Shown: positions 1 to 12,027, numbered from the stretch's first letter. The stretch is 64,000 bases of DNA from Camelus dromedarius (GCF_036321535.1 NC_087453.1:7316001-7380000); one strand, 5' to 3'. Translations and numbers: made by a program. Notes: generated by a model not told the origin, from the letters alone.

Positions 1-117
1 CTGAATTTGGCCTCAGAACATCCCACTGTAGAAGCAGTGAAAAGAATCGGCAGCAGCTGCCAGCCTGACTGACCCCCGTGCCTGTTAACAGAGGGATGCT
101 GGGGTCCAGAAGAGTGA

Positions 118-135
118 ATAAACAATAGCTTTGTT
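118..135 (+). promoter_or_regulatory. Overlapping forkhead site and inverted SOX pair
   Basis: ATAAACA (118-124) overlaps AACAAT-AG-CTTTGTT (121-135), which has the 15-bp head-to-head spacing of SOXE dimer motifs. Motif match only. Confidence 0.35.
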
Positions 136-497
136 GAAAGTGCTCCTGGAAAAAAAAGAAAAAAAAAAAAAAAAGCCTATGAATCAAAAGAAAAAAAAAG
201 TAGTTAAAGAAGAAACTTAATTTCCAATTGCTGAGTAAGACATTAAAGAATTACAGCAAGCAAAACTCTGGAGAAAAACAGCTATTTAATTTTTAGAGCT
301 GTGGTTAGAAATTAAAATGAAAGAATGCTTTGGAGTGGATTTATAACTTTGTCCATAATTCCACATTCCCGTTTTTTAAATTTTATTTATTTGCGTATGG
401 ATGTTTGCTTGGGGCAACACATTCCAGTATCAGATTGAGACCTACAGTAGTGAAATTTCATCCTTAACCCCACATTTCCTTTATTCCAGCAGTTCTA

Positions 498-685
498 NNN
501 NNNNNNNNNNNNNNNNNNNNNNNNNNNNNNNNNNNNNNNNNNNNNNNNNNNNNNNNNNNNNNNNNNNNNNNNNNNNNNNNNNNNNNNNNNNNNNNNNNNN
601 NNNNNNNNNNNNNNNNNNNNNNNNNNNNNNNNNNNNNNNNNNNNNNNNNNNNNNNNNNNNNNNNNNNNNNNNNNNNNNNNNNNNN
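498..685. other. N run (188 nt), assembly gap or mask
   Basis: Seen directly. Confidence 0.99.
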
Positions 686-783
686 GGTAAGGACCCTCCA
701 GTCAACCCTAGTCAAACCCACTCTTTACAGTTTTATATTTTATGCCCGCAATAAATGCTTTTGTGAAAGCCCATAATCCACAA

Positions 784-1083
784 NNNNNNNNNNNNNNNNN
801 NNNNNNNNNNNNNNNNNNNNNNNNNNNNNNNNNNNNNNNNNNNNNNNNNNNNNNNNNNNNNNNNNNNNNNNNNNNNNNNNNNNNNNNNNNNNNNNNNNNN
901 NNNNNNNNNNNNNNNNNNNNNNNNNNNNNNNNNNNNNNNNNNNNNNNNNNNNNNNNNNNNNNNNNNNNNNNNNNNNNNNNNNNNNNNNNNNNNNNNNNNN
1001 NNNNNNNNNNNNNNNNNNNNNNNNNNNNNNNNNNNNNNNNNNNNNNNNNNNNNNNNNNNNNNNNNNNNNNNNNNNNNNNNNNN
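784..1083. other. N run (300 nt)
   Basis: Seen directly. Confidence 0.99.
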
Positions 1084-1176
1084 ATGTTAAACATCAAGGA
1101 AAAGTCTCTTACTTTTTTCCTTTTATATCCTAAACCTAATTGAAAACTGTTCATTGAATTTCAACATGATAGAAAA

Positions 1177-1389
1177 NNNNNNNNNNNNNNNNNNNNNNNN
1201 NNNNNNNNNNNNNNNNNNNNNNNNNNNNNNNNNNNNNNNNNNNNNNNNNNNNNNNNNNNNNNNNNNNNNNNNNNNNNNNNNNNNNNNNNNNNNNNNNNNN
1301 NNNNNNNNNNNNNNNNNNNNNNNNNNNNNNNNNNNNNNNNNNNNNNNNNNNNNNNNNNNNNNNNNNNNNNNNNNNNNNNNNNNNNNNNN
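1177..1389. other. N run (213 nt)
   Basis: Seen directly. Confidence 0.99.
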
Positions 1390-3790
1390 AGAGACACCAG
1401 CTAGCGACTTTGCTTAAACGGAGCTTTAGACTAGCTCGCTCCCCACATGCATAAAGCCACACAAAGAAGGAAATCGTCTAATTTTGCTGGAGAACGTGTT
1501 GCATAATAATCTTACCGGCATGACCATAAGGTTCGCTAATTGCCACATCTGTTTAACAGCTGTCAGAGGCTTCCCACATGTTGCCATCAATATTACAACA
1601 CACTGCATTACCAGGAATTTTATTGTTTTCAACCGTTATTTATTTGTCATAGACATTCCTGCAGCTAATGACGTCTGTGTATGTTCTACCGCTAATTATT
1701 TTCTGGTTTTTTTCAGAAACCTCTATTCCATCTACTTTCTCAGTCTGGATTCTGCCTTTCTTTCCTGCCCCCCATCCCGTGACCCCTGGCTTCCTGCAAC
1801 CTCCCTGATGACCCCTTCATGTTAATGATACTAATTCTTCTTCATCCAGAAGCATAAATACCCTAATGGGTTTGTAGAATTAAAAAAAAAAAAAAAGAGG
1901 TTTGCAAAATGTCTTCATTTCTTAATGGCCCCACTGAATTCTTTCACTAAATCTCTAAGCTGAGCCCATGTTAGTTATGATAAATGTACAAATATATCAC
2001 TGTTTAGGCTGCCTTTTTGGAGGCAGAGTGAGTCGTGATTTTTTGTAATTACTTTTATATCTCACCTAGTTCCTCACTATGGTGCTTTTTTTTTTTTTAA
2101 GCACGACAAACAATGACATCTATTAAGCAGAAAGCAGATTGACAAACTGCAGACTGAGCAAAGTGCACATGACCTGATTTCAAATGAATTGATAGGTGTC
2201 ACTAGTCCCTGTTATACATAGAATGTGTGGATTGCATATGGTGTATTATTTATCTATAGTAGATGCCTTTTTGTTTCATTAATAAACCTGTACATCAGAG
2301 ATATGCAGGACTGATAATTAGTTTGAGGCAGTACAAAACGACATGGTATCTGCCTGCCATTGCTCAATTATTTTCCTCATTTTTTCCCCTGCGTCTTTGC
2401 ATGAATTATTAAGACCTGGGCTGTTTATTTAAGAATCTAATTTTAGTGCTTGTGTCCGGCTGAATTCTGTTTTCTCCTCTAATGAAAGCAAAATAGTGTG
2501 AGAATTTGCAATCTTGGTCTCCGATTTTAGATTTGCAATGCACAATGCAAGTTGTAAAGGTCACTCTGCTTTTGAACCATCCAGCGTAGACATTTGATGA
2601 GCCTAAAAATCCATTTTGGTTACGCATCACATCGTGCCAACAAATTAAAGCAGAGCTGCTTGGTTAAGTCAAGCACAATTTGCATGCGCTTAGAGAGAAA
2701 CAGATTAAAGGAACAAGGATCTGACTTGAGCAACCCTACAGAAAAAAATCTCTTATCCAAAACGAAGGTAGACTGAGTGGAGATAACTTCTGAAAGTTGC
2801 CATGAGTGACAGTCGTTAACATCACGATGTCTAACATCGCCCATCCTAGTCACCACACTTGGATGTCTTTGGTTTTCCTGTCTAGTAATGCACATTCATT
2901 TATAATCAGATCATGCCACAATCTGCACAGAGATCTTTGAAAAGGCTTATTGAGAGAGTGGATAGAGATGACCTTATACATAAAATTTGTTTTGCTCTTC
3001 TAAATATGAGCTGAAGCATAACATTTTGTTACGGATTAAAAGTGATTGAAGATGATACACAGATGTATAGTTGGGGGGTTTTCTTAGATTTTTTTTTTCA
3101 TTCAATGACTTCTTCAAAGATAAGTCTGAGACCAAGTTTCTTTAGCTTGTTTGTTCAAGATCTAGTGGAAAGAAAATGATAAATTTTCCATGTCCACGTT
3201 TCTTTGAGAGAGTGGTAAGTGCTGTGTAGTCTGATAACAAATCCCAGGTGGTGTAAATCGGGCCGTGTCTGGAAGCATACAGTCCTGTCGCAGTCAAGTT
3301 TAAATTAACTAGGGAAATGCAACATGGCAAAATGAAAAAAATCACAACACACATCAAAAACACCTTTTTCAGAAATAGGCACACTCCTTCATAGCTAGTG
3401 GGAGTTTAAATACATTCAAATTTTTTTAGTGTAGTTTGTCAGTAGCTTTCAAAATGTGTAATGCTGTTCCACTTGACCCCAGCGTTCTCCTTATAGGAAC
3501 ATACACACTATAGACGGTCTAGGGAAGAGGTCCAAAGTTAAATGTACAAAACGAACTTTGCAAAGTTGTTTGTATGATTAAAAAATTTTAAATAGAAAAC
3601 TGGAAACACTTCAAGGTTGACCAGTAGGAGACTATTTGAACAAATCACACTTGATCCATTGTTTGCAACAGCAGAATATTGGAAATAATCTAAATGAGTA
3701 TTATTAGGAGAGTAGATAAATGACACGTTCCACTAAAGAGATGACACACAACCATTAAAAATTACAAAGATCATCTACTGTACTAAAGTG
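1390..3790. promoter_or_regulatory. Repeat-poor block, putative conserved non-coding/enhancer cluster
   Basis: No recognisable TE. Motifs: SOX AAACAATG 2108-2115, PBX/MEIS-like AGATTGACA 2136-2144, T-box/TALE AGGTGTCA 2194-2201, octamer ATTTGCAT 2678-2685, several TAAT cores. Conservation is inferred, not measured. Confidence 0.45.
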
Positions 3791-3929
3791 GAAAGATGTA
3801 CTAGATGATAAGTGGGGGGTGGGGGAGTAGCTCACAGAACACTATGTACAATATGGCCATGAGTGTGTGTGTGTCTTTATGGATGTAGGGTGAGCATGTG
3901 TGGGGTGTTCAGAGAGGTATACATCCACT

Positions 3930-4060
3930 AGAATGTACATCCCCAGGAGGGAAGGGATCTGACCTGTCTTGTTCACCACCCCATACTGCCTACATCTCGA
4001 CATCAGTGCCTGGCACAAAACAGAGACTCAGAAATTGTTTGTTGAATGAGTAAGTGAGTG
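3930..4060 (+). mobile_element. LINE2 3' end fragment
   Basis: cagtgcctggcacaaaac...tttgttgaatgagtaagtgagtga resembles the L2 terminus. Confidence 0.7.
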
Positions 4061-4544
4061 ATCACGTGCTGGTACAAGCATAATTTACCAGGTGTGGAAG
4101 GATATGTACCACGTGCGGAAGGATACATATCAAATGCCTAAGAGGCGAGGCACAGGATTAGAGGGGAGAGAGTAGGAAAGTTTATGTTGAGCCTCTACAC
4201 TGCTGAAGTATTTTTAGAATGAGTATTTTTCAAAAGGCTTTATCGGGAAAGAATTAAAAGCCTTTGAAAACGTAATAAAACTGCAAGATGGAAAAGCCAC
4301 GTTGTGGCTCCCATGCGCATTGTTTTAAGACTGTGGAATCTGCCACCAGCCTCCATGCGGCCTCCGCCGCCGGGCCGCAGGGAGCTCGGGCGACCGCGCA
4401 CCTGGGGCCTGACCTTGTGAAATACTCAACAGGAAAAGACAGGGAAGGAGTCGTCAAGGACAGCTCAGTCACGGTGTCCGACCAGCCTGGAGCAGCAGTG
4501 AAGAGAGGCGGGATGGATGGACACGTTAAAAATTGATAGAAAGC

Positions 4545-6070
4545 ATATTAAAGGGCTTCCGGTTTAAAACGGGTTGAATCCACCCGTTTATCTTCTCCTC
4601 AAAACCTTGCTAAAATGACAGTAAAGGGATTAGAGAGGCGTAAACGCCACAAGGACAAAAAGAGTGGGAGAACGGACAATGACAGGAGAGAAACGTCAGT
4701 CAAACTTTGAGAGGTGGAAAGCGAACGAACACGTGGTAAGTGACTGAGGTCCAGCGCTTCCCTTAGACCAGGACGGGTGCTGGGAAGTCAGCGTGGAAGC
4801 ACTGCAAGCGCCCGGACCTGCGGAGCTGAGGCTGGGGGGCGCTGCGCACTTCTGAAGACGGGAGTGCAGACTTGGAGTGCAATCTGGAAAACTCTAAGGA
4901 TTTCCTCCCCCGCTTACCTCCCACAGAAAGGGAAGTTGTCATGGGCGCGAGTTTAAAGACTCTGGACTGGAAGATGCCCAGCACAAGGGAGGGTGAGAGT
5001 GCCAGACCCCTGTGACACAAGCAGGCACACCCTCTCATCCCTTCTCCGCTTGGTTCCCAGTCTGGGCTACCTGTCAACACTCACTGCCCTCCCAAGGGAG
5101 AGGCTCACTGTCTCCTCACCGAAGAAGCGCCTCTGTCCAGGAGAGAAGACCACAGGTGCTGACATGTCGGGGGATTCCCATAAAACAAGCAACTATCCGC
5201 GTTGTTCGCACTCAGAAGCCCACCAGTCAACACGATCCATCCCACATCAAGCGCTGAGTCTGCTTTTAGTGCCTCACTTCAAAGTACAAATGGACACCCA
5301 GGCATCACCAAGTATTTGAGCAAAACCTCAAAGATACAATTCAGAGGTGAAAACAAACGAGGGGAAAGGAACTCTAAGGAGAGAGACTGTGTGGCATGCA
5401 AGGAAAAAATGTCAAAAATACTGGCAGTATCTTCAGAGCGGCACAGCATTCATCAATAAAATGCATATAATGGAAAGTCAGAGAATAGTAAATAGCTTTT
5501 GGAAATTGAAAGATACAGTACAACAATTAAAAATTCAAGCAGCAGTTTGGAAGATGATGGTGAGAATTCTCCCAGAAAGTAAGACAAAGGAAAAAGAGGT
5601 AGACGATGGAGAGAAGATGTTAAGAAGAAAATTAAAGATACAACATCCAAATAATAGAAATTTCATAAAACAACAATAATAATAAATTGAGAATGAAAAA
5701 AGGAGAAATAACATTAAAAAAAATTATTCAAGAAAATCTCAAAAACGAAAGAACACCAGCTTCAGGAAGCCATCGGTTACCCAGCTCAGAAAGTGAGAAA
5801 AGTCCACGCCAAGTTACATCCATCATATAACTCCAAACCCTAAAAGTTTTCCAGAGAGAGAGAAAAATTAGGAAAGCATCATCACATGTCACAACGGCTG
5901 TGCTGAAAACTGGAGGACAATATGTTTCTTCCAAATTCCAATGCGAAAGTATTTCTTTCAGATAATTTCATAACCAGCCGAATGATTACTCAAGAACAAT
6001 TATATTTTCAAACTTGCAATCTCTCAAAAACTGAAATCTCAGATCCCCTTTCTCCAGAAAAAGGAGGACT
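4545..6070 (+). mobile_element. Ancient L1 5' end / HAL1-type element with ORF1 relic
   Basis: cttccggttt...gctaaaatgacagtaaagggat...ccacaaggacaaaa at the 5' end, then an A-rich degenerate ORF1-like stretch (5347-5679, K/E-rich coiled-coil-like translation). Confidence 0.65.
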
Positions 6071-6589
6071 TTTTTTTTCCTTCTTCTCCAGAGAAAGGGA
6101 GGATGCCTGTCTGAGAATGAATTCAACCCAGAGGAAAAGAGGGTAGCAGGGAGAGAAGATGGAATCGTGCCCCCATCATTTGAGCCCTGGACCCAGAAGT
6201 GAGGAAGACTGTGGGCACGGGATCTGCACTGCAGTGTTTGGTTCGCTCTGACAGATGCAGCCGCTGCCAGGTGGAGCCCATCCCTTTCTGCCGCATTCAT
6301 GAGTTTTTCTGAGTTGTGCCAACCAGTATTGACCTCTCTTCCTCCTGATCACAAATCATTTTAGTTTGTGATATTAAACTAGAGAGACACTTTTTATTTC
6401 TAAGGCCTTGCTTCTTTAGCATGCAGGCTTCGTGTTTCTCTGCTACATATAAGCCTGTCCTTCCCCATCGGTCAAAGCTACTCCTGGACCAGGATGGTGA
6501 ATGTTCTGGAGCTTGCCCCCACACGCTCAGTTGGCCACCAAGTTGATTCCGTTTCACCTCCTTGCTCCGCCCACCTTCTCACCTAAATT

Positions 6590-7145
6590 CCTGCTAATCT
6601 CCTTGCTTTTGATTTCCCTCCTCTAGAATCAGCCCTCCACACAGCTGCACCGCTGTTCTAAAATGCCCATGTGATCAGGACCCTTTTTCCAGCTTGAAAC
6701 ACTTTAATTGCTCTTTCAATGGCAGCAGGATAAAATCCAATATCCTGAACACATCCTGCAAGATCTAGCCCCAGACTGGCTGCCTCCCTCTCCCGCCCGA
6801 GTTCATCTGAAACCACTTAGAGCTATTTCCTACCCCGACGACTCTGAAGCCTTGTACCCTCAGCCTGGCATGCCCACCCCATTAGTCTGACAAGTCCCCA
6901 CACATCCTTCTAGAACCAGCACAGGTAAGACCTGCTCTCTGAAACTTCCCCTTGTCCTCCCCTCCCCGTTTAGGTTGCCTGCTCCCTCTGCTAACACCTG
7001 TCCTCTGTTAGAGCGCTTACCGTACCTTTCACACCCTCTTGTGACACGTCAGCTTCCCACGTAGACGGTGAGTTCATGTCTGTGTCCCAAAATAGAGGCA
7101 GGCTCTGTCCTTGGTAGAAAATAAATACTTGGTGATGGATCAGTG
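6590..7145 (+). mobile_element. LINE2 fragments
   Basis: ttctaaaatgcccatgtgatca...ggataaaatccaatatcctg...ataaatacttggtgatgga matches the L2 3' region. Confidence 0.6.
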
Positions 7146-7239
7146 AATTCTCTTCTAGAACCTACTTCCTAGCACTGATGATTTTTTTTTTAAGGAAACT
7201 CTGCCCTAACCTCTGCCACCTCTCCCTTGTCTTACCAGC

Positions 7240-7395
7240 TCATGAATGCTGACTGTTAAACTTTTAGCAACCTTGTAAGCCATTTGAGATTGTGCAGGTA
7301 GCTTGAAGTCAGCCACGGTGGGAGTATTTGCACGTACACATGTCCCCTGCCCCACCCCCAGAGCCAATTTCTGAATATTTACCAGCTGTGATTTC
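7240..7395 (+). mobile_element. MER63-like hAT DNA transposon fragment
   Basis: ggtagcttgaagtcagccacggtgggagtattt and gagccaatttctgaatatttaccagc match the recalled MER63 consensus. Confidence 0.6.
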
Positions 7396-8514
7396 AGCCC
7401 ACGTGATTTGACAGGAGTTGGCCCCACCCACGGCCCATCCAGATGGGCACTTGGTTTAAACCTGGCCACTCCATGTAGTACAGGCCTCCCAGGGCCACAG
7501 TGATCGGTTCTCAGATGGGCACTTGTCTTCTGCCTGACCAAGGAGAATCTGCCCCAAGGCTGTTGCTGAAAGGACCCAAGAGAGGTGCTCCAGGCGCTGA
7601 GATGGCTGTCTCTGAGGATGACAGATAATCCCAGAACGGCTGGGCTTCCCGGAGAACACCCTTCAGGGAGTGAAGCCGACACAGACGGGGGAGAGAGGAG
7701 AGGGAGGTGAAACAGCCCTGATGGCACTGTTTGAACCCCGTCTCCAACAACGACTCAGGCTGGTTCTCGGCCCTACACAGTCCAGTTTTCTGAGTCAGTA
7801 AATCCCCTTTTTCGCTTAGATCGGCTTGTATTTTGTTTTGGGGGGGGGTTGGGGGGGTTGTCACTTGGCATTGAACATATCCTGCCTGACTTACAGCCTG
7901 TCCCACCCAGTTCACGAGAATTTTCCTGTAAGGTAGAAGGCATCTCTTCAGGTGGTTACCTCGCTCTGATCAATGACCCTGCCCTGGGGACTGACCCCAG
8001 GCATGGACCAGGGCCCCTGGCAACTGCCTGCGCTCCATGACCAGCCCTTCCTGGCCACAGTGGAACCTCTTCCCCGCATGTGTTTGCAGGTTTCAGCAGG
8101 AGGTGTTGGTGTTAAACCGCACTGTTGGGAGTGCTTGGGAGGAGAGAGCTGCGACCCTCCCTGAGTCCCAAGGTGCCCACGGCTGCTTCCTTGATTTTAC
8201 AAGAAACCCCAACAAATTCCTTATTTCGGCTTAAGCTGTTCAGATCTGCTTTCTATTAACTGCACTAAAAAGAATCCTAACTCAGCCTTTCCCAAAAGGG
8301 AGCTCATGAGCTGCTGGGATGCAAGACAGTTTTAGGTTGTACAGAGACGTTTTACGTCTAATAATTGTGTGTTTACTTTACATACATTCCAAAAGACCTT
8401 ACTGACACGTCTAAAGGGATTCCATGGATATCATGACGTTGGATGAAGCTAAGATATTTTCTTAATCTGTCAATTTCAAGAAAAACATTCAATAAATAAA
8501 GCTTTCAGAAAGCC

Positions 8515-8720
8515 TTCAGGGTTCTCGGCTGCAAGCAACAGAAACCACGTCTGGTTAACTTAGCAGAAATTCAGTTCATTGGCAGGAAATCAGGAAGTCT
8601 CCAAAAAGAGAAGAAGGCTGGGACAATGAGCAGGAAGCAAAGGAAGCTGTGTCAGAGGAACCACTTCACGGTCCCTGCAGGGGGACCTTAATTCTTGTTA
8701 AGCCACTGCCCCGAAGTACC
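8515..8720 (-). mobile_element. MLT1 (ERVL-MaLR) LTR fragment
   Basis: gggttctcggctgcaagcaacagaaacc...gttaacttagcagaaa is a typical MLT1 end on the minus strand. Confidence 0.6.
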
Positions 8721-9269
8721 GTGGCCACCGCTGCTACTGGACGCCGCTGCCATTGGGCTCACAACACTGTCCCAACGCCTTTGCTGTAAATACTTACTAA
8801 ACGAAGTACCTCTGTGTCCTGAAGGGTTTAGGTGCAGCAGAGTGTGGTGTGAGCCAGGCCAAGATGCTACCCCTGTAGCAGGGCAGGCAGAGAGAGGGAG
8901 AACCCGCCGGTGGGTCGCCGGTGTGGCTGCTCGTTGGAACCACCCGGGGGGCTTTACAATGTGCCGCTGCCAGGCCCCACCCCAGAGGTTTGGACCGTAT
9001 TGTGCTGGAGCACAGCCGGGGCACCAGGAGCTTTTAAAGCTGTCCCGGAGGTTCTGTTGTGCAGCCTGGGTTGAAAACCACTGGGCTGGCTTTCGTAGCA
9101 AGTGGGCAGTTTTATTCACGGAAGGGAGCTCGGCCTTATCTGCGCTCCTTTCCTGCACTCCACGATTGATTCCCTTGCTCTCCTCATATGCTCTCGTGCT
9201 AATGCTGTTTTCAGCTCTTTTCAATTATGCGATTTCCTTATCTTTATACTATTGAGAATACCTTACACG

Positions 9270-9409
9270 NNNNNNNNNNNNNNNNNNNNNNNNNNNNNNN
9301 NNNNNNNNNNNNNNNNNNNNNNNNNNNNNNNNNNNNNNNNNNNNNNNNNNNNNNNNNNNNNNNNNNNNNNNNNNNNNNNNNNNNNNNNNNNNNNNNNNNN
9401 NNNNNNNNN
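9270..9409. other. N run (140 nt)
   Basis: Seen directly. Confidence 0.99.
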
Positions 9410-9966
9410 GTCCCAAGGTGTGTAGGATGCTTGTTGCTTCAGTGGCTTTGGCATGATCAGCATCTGATTCGGGTGTTCGCTCCAGCCCACAAAGATGTCT
9501 CTCCTGAGCCTGTGTTCTTATCTCCTGCTCCCCCTTATCACAAATAATGATGTGCTGTTTTCTGGAGTGTGTTGCCGTGGCCCAAGTTTTACTCCACAAT
9601 GAAAGCAATAATTCTGAAAGCATGCCGAAGGAATAAAGATGCACGGTAATTGTCAGAAGTTCTTCGTTTTGAACGTGAATTGCTCATCATGGTTGACAGT
9701 TGATGGCTGTTAGCTGTGGAATGCCTGTAAAAATAACAAGAATTGTAAAAACCTAACTTCTGTCTTGCTATCAACAAAGGAGGTCTGGATCCACAGAACA
9801 CACGGGGAGATCAAACTCAGCGCTGTGCTGAGCCTCAGCTGTGACTCCCCGTGACCGCCCACTTGACTACCTGGGCGCCACAGTCACGTGTTTCTACTTG
9901 CCACCACGTGCTCCAGAGTCGAACTCTGATGATGCAGTTGGCCGGTCTTCTCTGACCCCTTTAACC

Positions 9967-10194
9967 CAGGGTTTCTCCGCCTCAGAATTACTGACATTTT
10001 AGGCCAGGTAATTCTTTGTCGTGGGGGCTGCCCTGAGTTTTGGAGGATGTTCATCAGCATCCCTGGTCTCTCCTGGTCCACAAGATGCCAACAGCACATG
10101 CCTCTCCCCGAGCTGTGACAACCAAAATGTCATTTAGCCATTGCCAAATGTGCCCTGCGCAGGAAGCAAAATCACTCCCAGTCAAAAAACACTG
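9967..10194 (+). mobile_element. MER20 (hAT-Charlie MITE), near full length
   Basis: cagggtttctc...actgacattttaggccaggtaattctttgtcgtgggggctgccctg...gtgacaaccaaaatgtc...cattgccaaatgt...aacactg. Confidence 0.85.
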
Positions 10195-10796
10195 TTCTAG
10201 TTCTTGCTGAATATGAGAATTACCCAGAGAGCTTAGATACCTTGATGCGATCCCAACGGAATCAGAATCCTTGGGCATGGAACCCAGGCACCCACATAGG
10301 AAAAGCGAGGCAGGGGTTCTAAAGCACAGCCTGAGCTGAGAATTTCCACCCCTAAAGCTACTAGTCTAATACTGCTACAGAACTTCTTAAAGTCCTTCTC
10401 AAATATTTTTATAATCGGCCCCTCCACTTAGCAACATATGAGCATCTACTATGTAGAAACGATCTTAGCTATAATGTCAAGCACCATCTCGTGGAATTTG
10501 CAATTTAATGAGGTCATGAGAGTGCAAGGGAAATAAATTGTTTTTCATGTGTGAGTATATATGGAAAAATACCTAGAAAGGAGACCTTAAAGGAGTAAGG
10601 GAAAGGAGTTCTGATCTGTGAAGGCAGGGCAGGGCAAGCTAATAGTCAGACTGGACCTCCAGGAGCTCGTCGAGAGTGGCTATGCCCAAGACTTCAGACA
10701 GGGCAGGAGAGGCGTAGGGCATTCTGATGTTTTGAAGATCCTGGTATATTTTTAAACGTCGGGAGTTACAAAAATTATAGTATAGGTTTAGCATTT

Positions 10797-11090
10797 ACTT
10801 TTTTTAATGACTTTATTATAGTTCACACATCATAAAATTCACCATTTCAAAGTGTACAATCCAGTGATTTTTAGCATATTCACAGAATTGTGTAATCACC
10901 ACCACTATCAAATTCAGAATATCTTCATCACCCCAAAAAGAAACCCCATACCCATTCACGGTCACCCTCCATTCACTGCAACCCCCTAGCCCCTGGCAAC
11001 CAATAACCTACTTTCTATCTCTATAGATTTGCTTCTCCTGGACATTTCATATCAACAGAATCATGTACTATACGGCCATTTGTGTGTAGC
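10797..11090 (-). mobile_element. L1MB 3' end
   Basis: cataaaattcaccatttcaaagtgtacaatccagtg...accaccactatc...ccccaaaaagaaaccccatacccatt...ggacatttcatat. Confidence 0.85.
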
Positions 11091-11242
11091 TACCTAGACA
11101 GCGTCTGAAAACAAAACAGAGCAAATTGAAAGGGAAAACAAAACCTTCCCCCAAGAGGCAATGTAACCTACGGTCTAAGAGACTTTGGCACCAGACAAAA
11201 CTTAGATCAGACCAAGTCCTCTACCCTGTAGCTGTTTGATCG

Positions 11243-11700
11243 TGAGCAGACACCATTGGCTGACCACCCAGAAGCATTCCCAACACCCTTCTCAATGCCC
11301 GGCTCTTGCCATAGAGACTGGAAAGGCTACATAGACATTGTCCAGTTTTGCCAAAAATAAAAAATAGGATGTCTCAGACAGCTCCTAGGAAGGACAGTTC
11401 CTTCTGTGATTAGAGAGACATGTACTGGAAGAAAACACTGCATCGTTTATCCTCCACTTCTTTCTTCCCTTGAAGAATGTGTGAAGGCAGGAAGCTTGGA
11501 TATGTGGCAACCATATTGTGAACATGAGGAAAAGGCCAAGAAGATCCCAGAAATGCCAGCACAGATTCTGATGCTGCTGAGCTACTGACCAGTACCAACA
11601 ACTGCCTTCTCACAGATTGACTATGCCTGAAAAATAAGCCCTTGTATGTCTAAGCTACTGCTACTTGGATTTTGGTTACTGGAAGCATCAATTATCCCAA
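11243..11700 (+). mobile_element. MLT1 (J/I-like) LTR
   Basis: gcagacaccattggctgacc start, gtggcaaccatattgtgaacatgagg core, aagctactgctacttggattttggttact end. Confidence 0.7.
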
Positions 11701-12027
11701 ACAGGGACAGAAAGTCATTTCATTTCTGTGTACTAGTTTACACATTTGTAGGCATAGCTCCCCCACCTATGACCCAAGAATCCATTACTACTTGTTGAAC
11801 ATAAGGAGCAGTTTCCTTTTGGGAGTATCTCTTCCCTTTGGGGAAGCTCATGGAACTCGCTTCCTGTTCTTCTTTTGCTAAGATACGAGCAGCCTATACT
11901 CATCAGAAACCCCTCCCTGGACTTTGATTTTTGAAATGGAAAGTAATTGGAGTTCATCCCTCCCAGCGGGAGCAGGATGGGCTGATTAGGCTGTTCCCGC
12001 CACAGGGCTGTTCCTGTATTTAACCAT

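Noticed and set aside
401-1462. ORFs containing long X runs (also 9102-9644, 12998-13518, 42288-43563)
   Set aside because: They are open only because N codons cannot be stops; the readable parts match no known protein.
4567-4589. Perfect 8-bp hairpin AAACGGGT...ACCCGTTT at the HAL1/L1 5' end
   Set aside because: An isolated 8-bp stem is expected by chance in 64 kb; no RNA-gene context.
7840-7857. G9-TT-G7 run
   Set aside because: Simple homopolymer; G4 potential is marginal and the length is error-prone.
7206-7915. 173-aa and 134-aa minus-strand ORFs
   Set aside because: No recognisable domain, they overlap MER63, and no supporting splice structure.
8688-9255. Overlapping antiparallel 178-aa and 186-aa ORFs
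   Set aside because: GC-rich, partly LTR-derived, non-ATG or weak starts, and no homology recognised.
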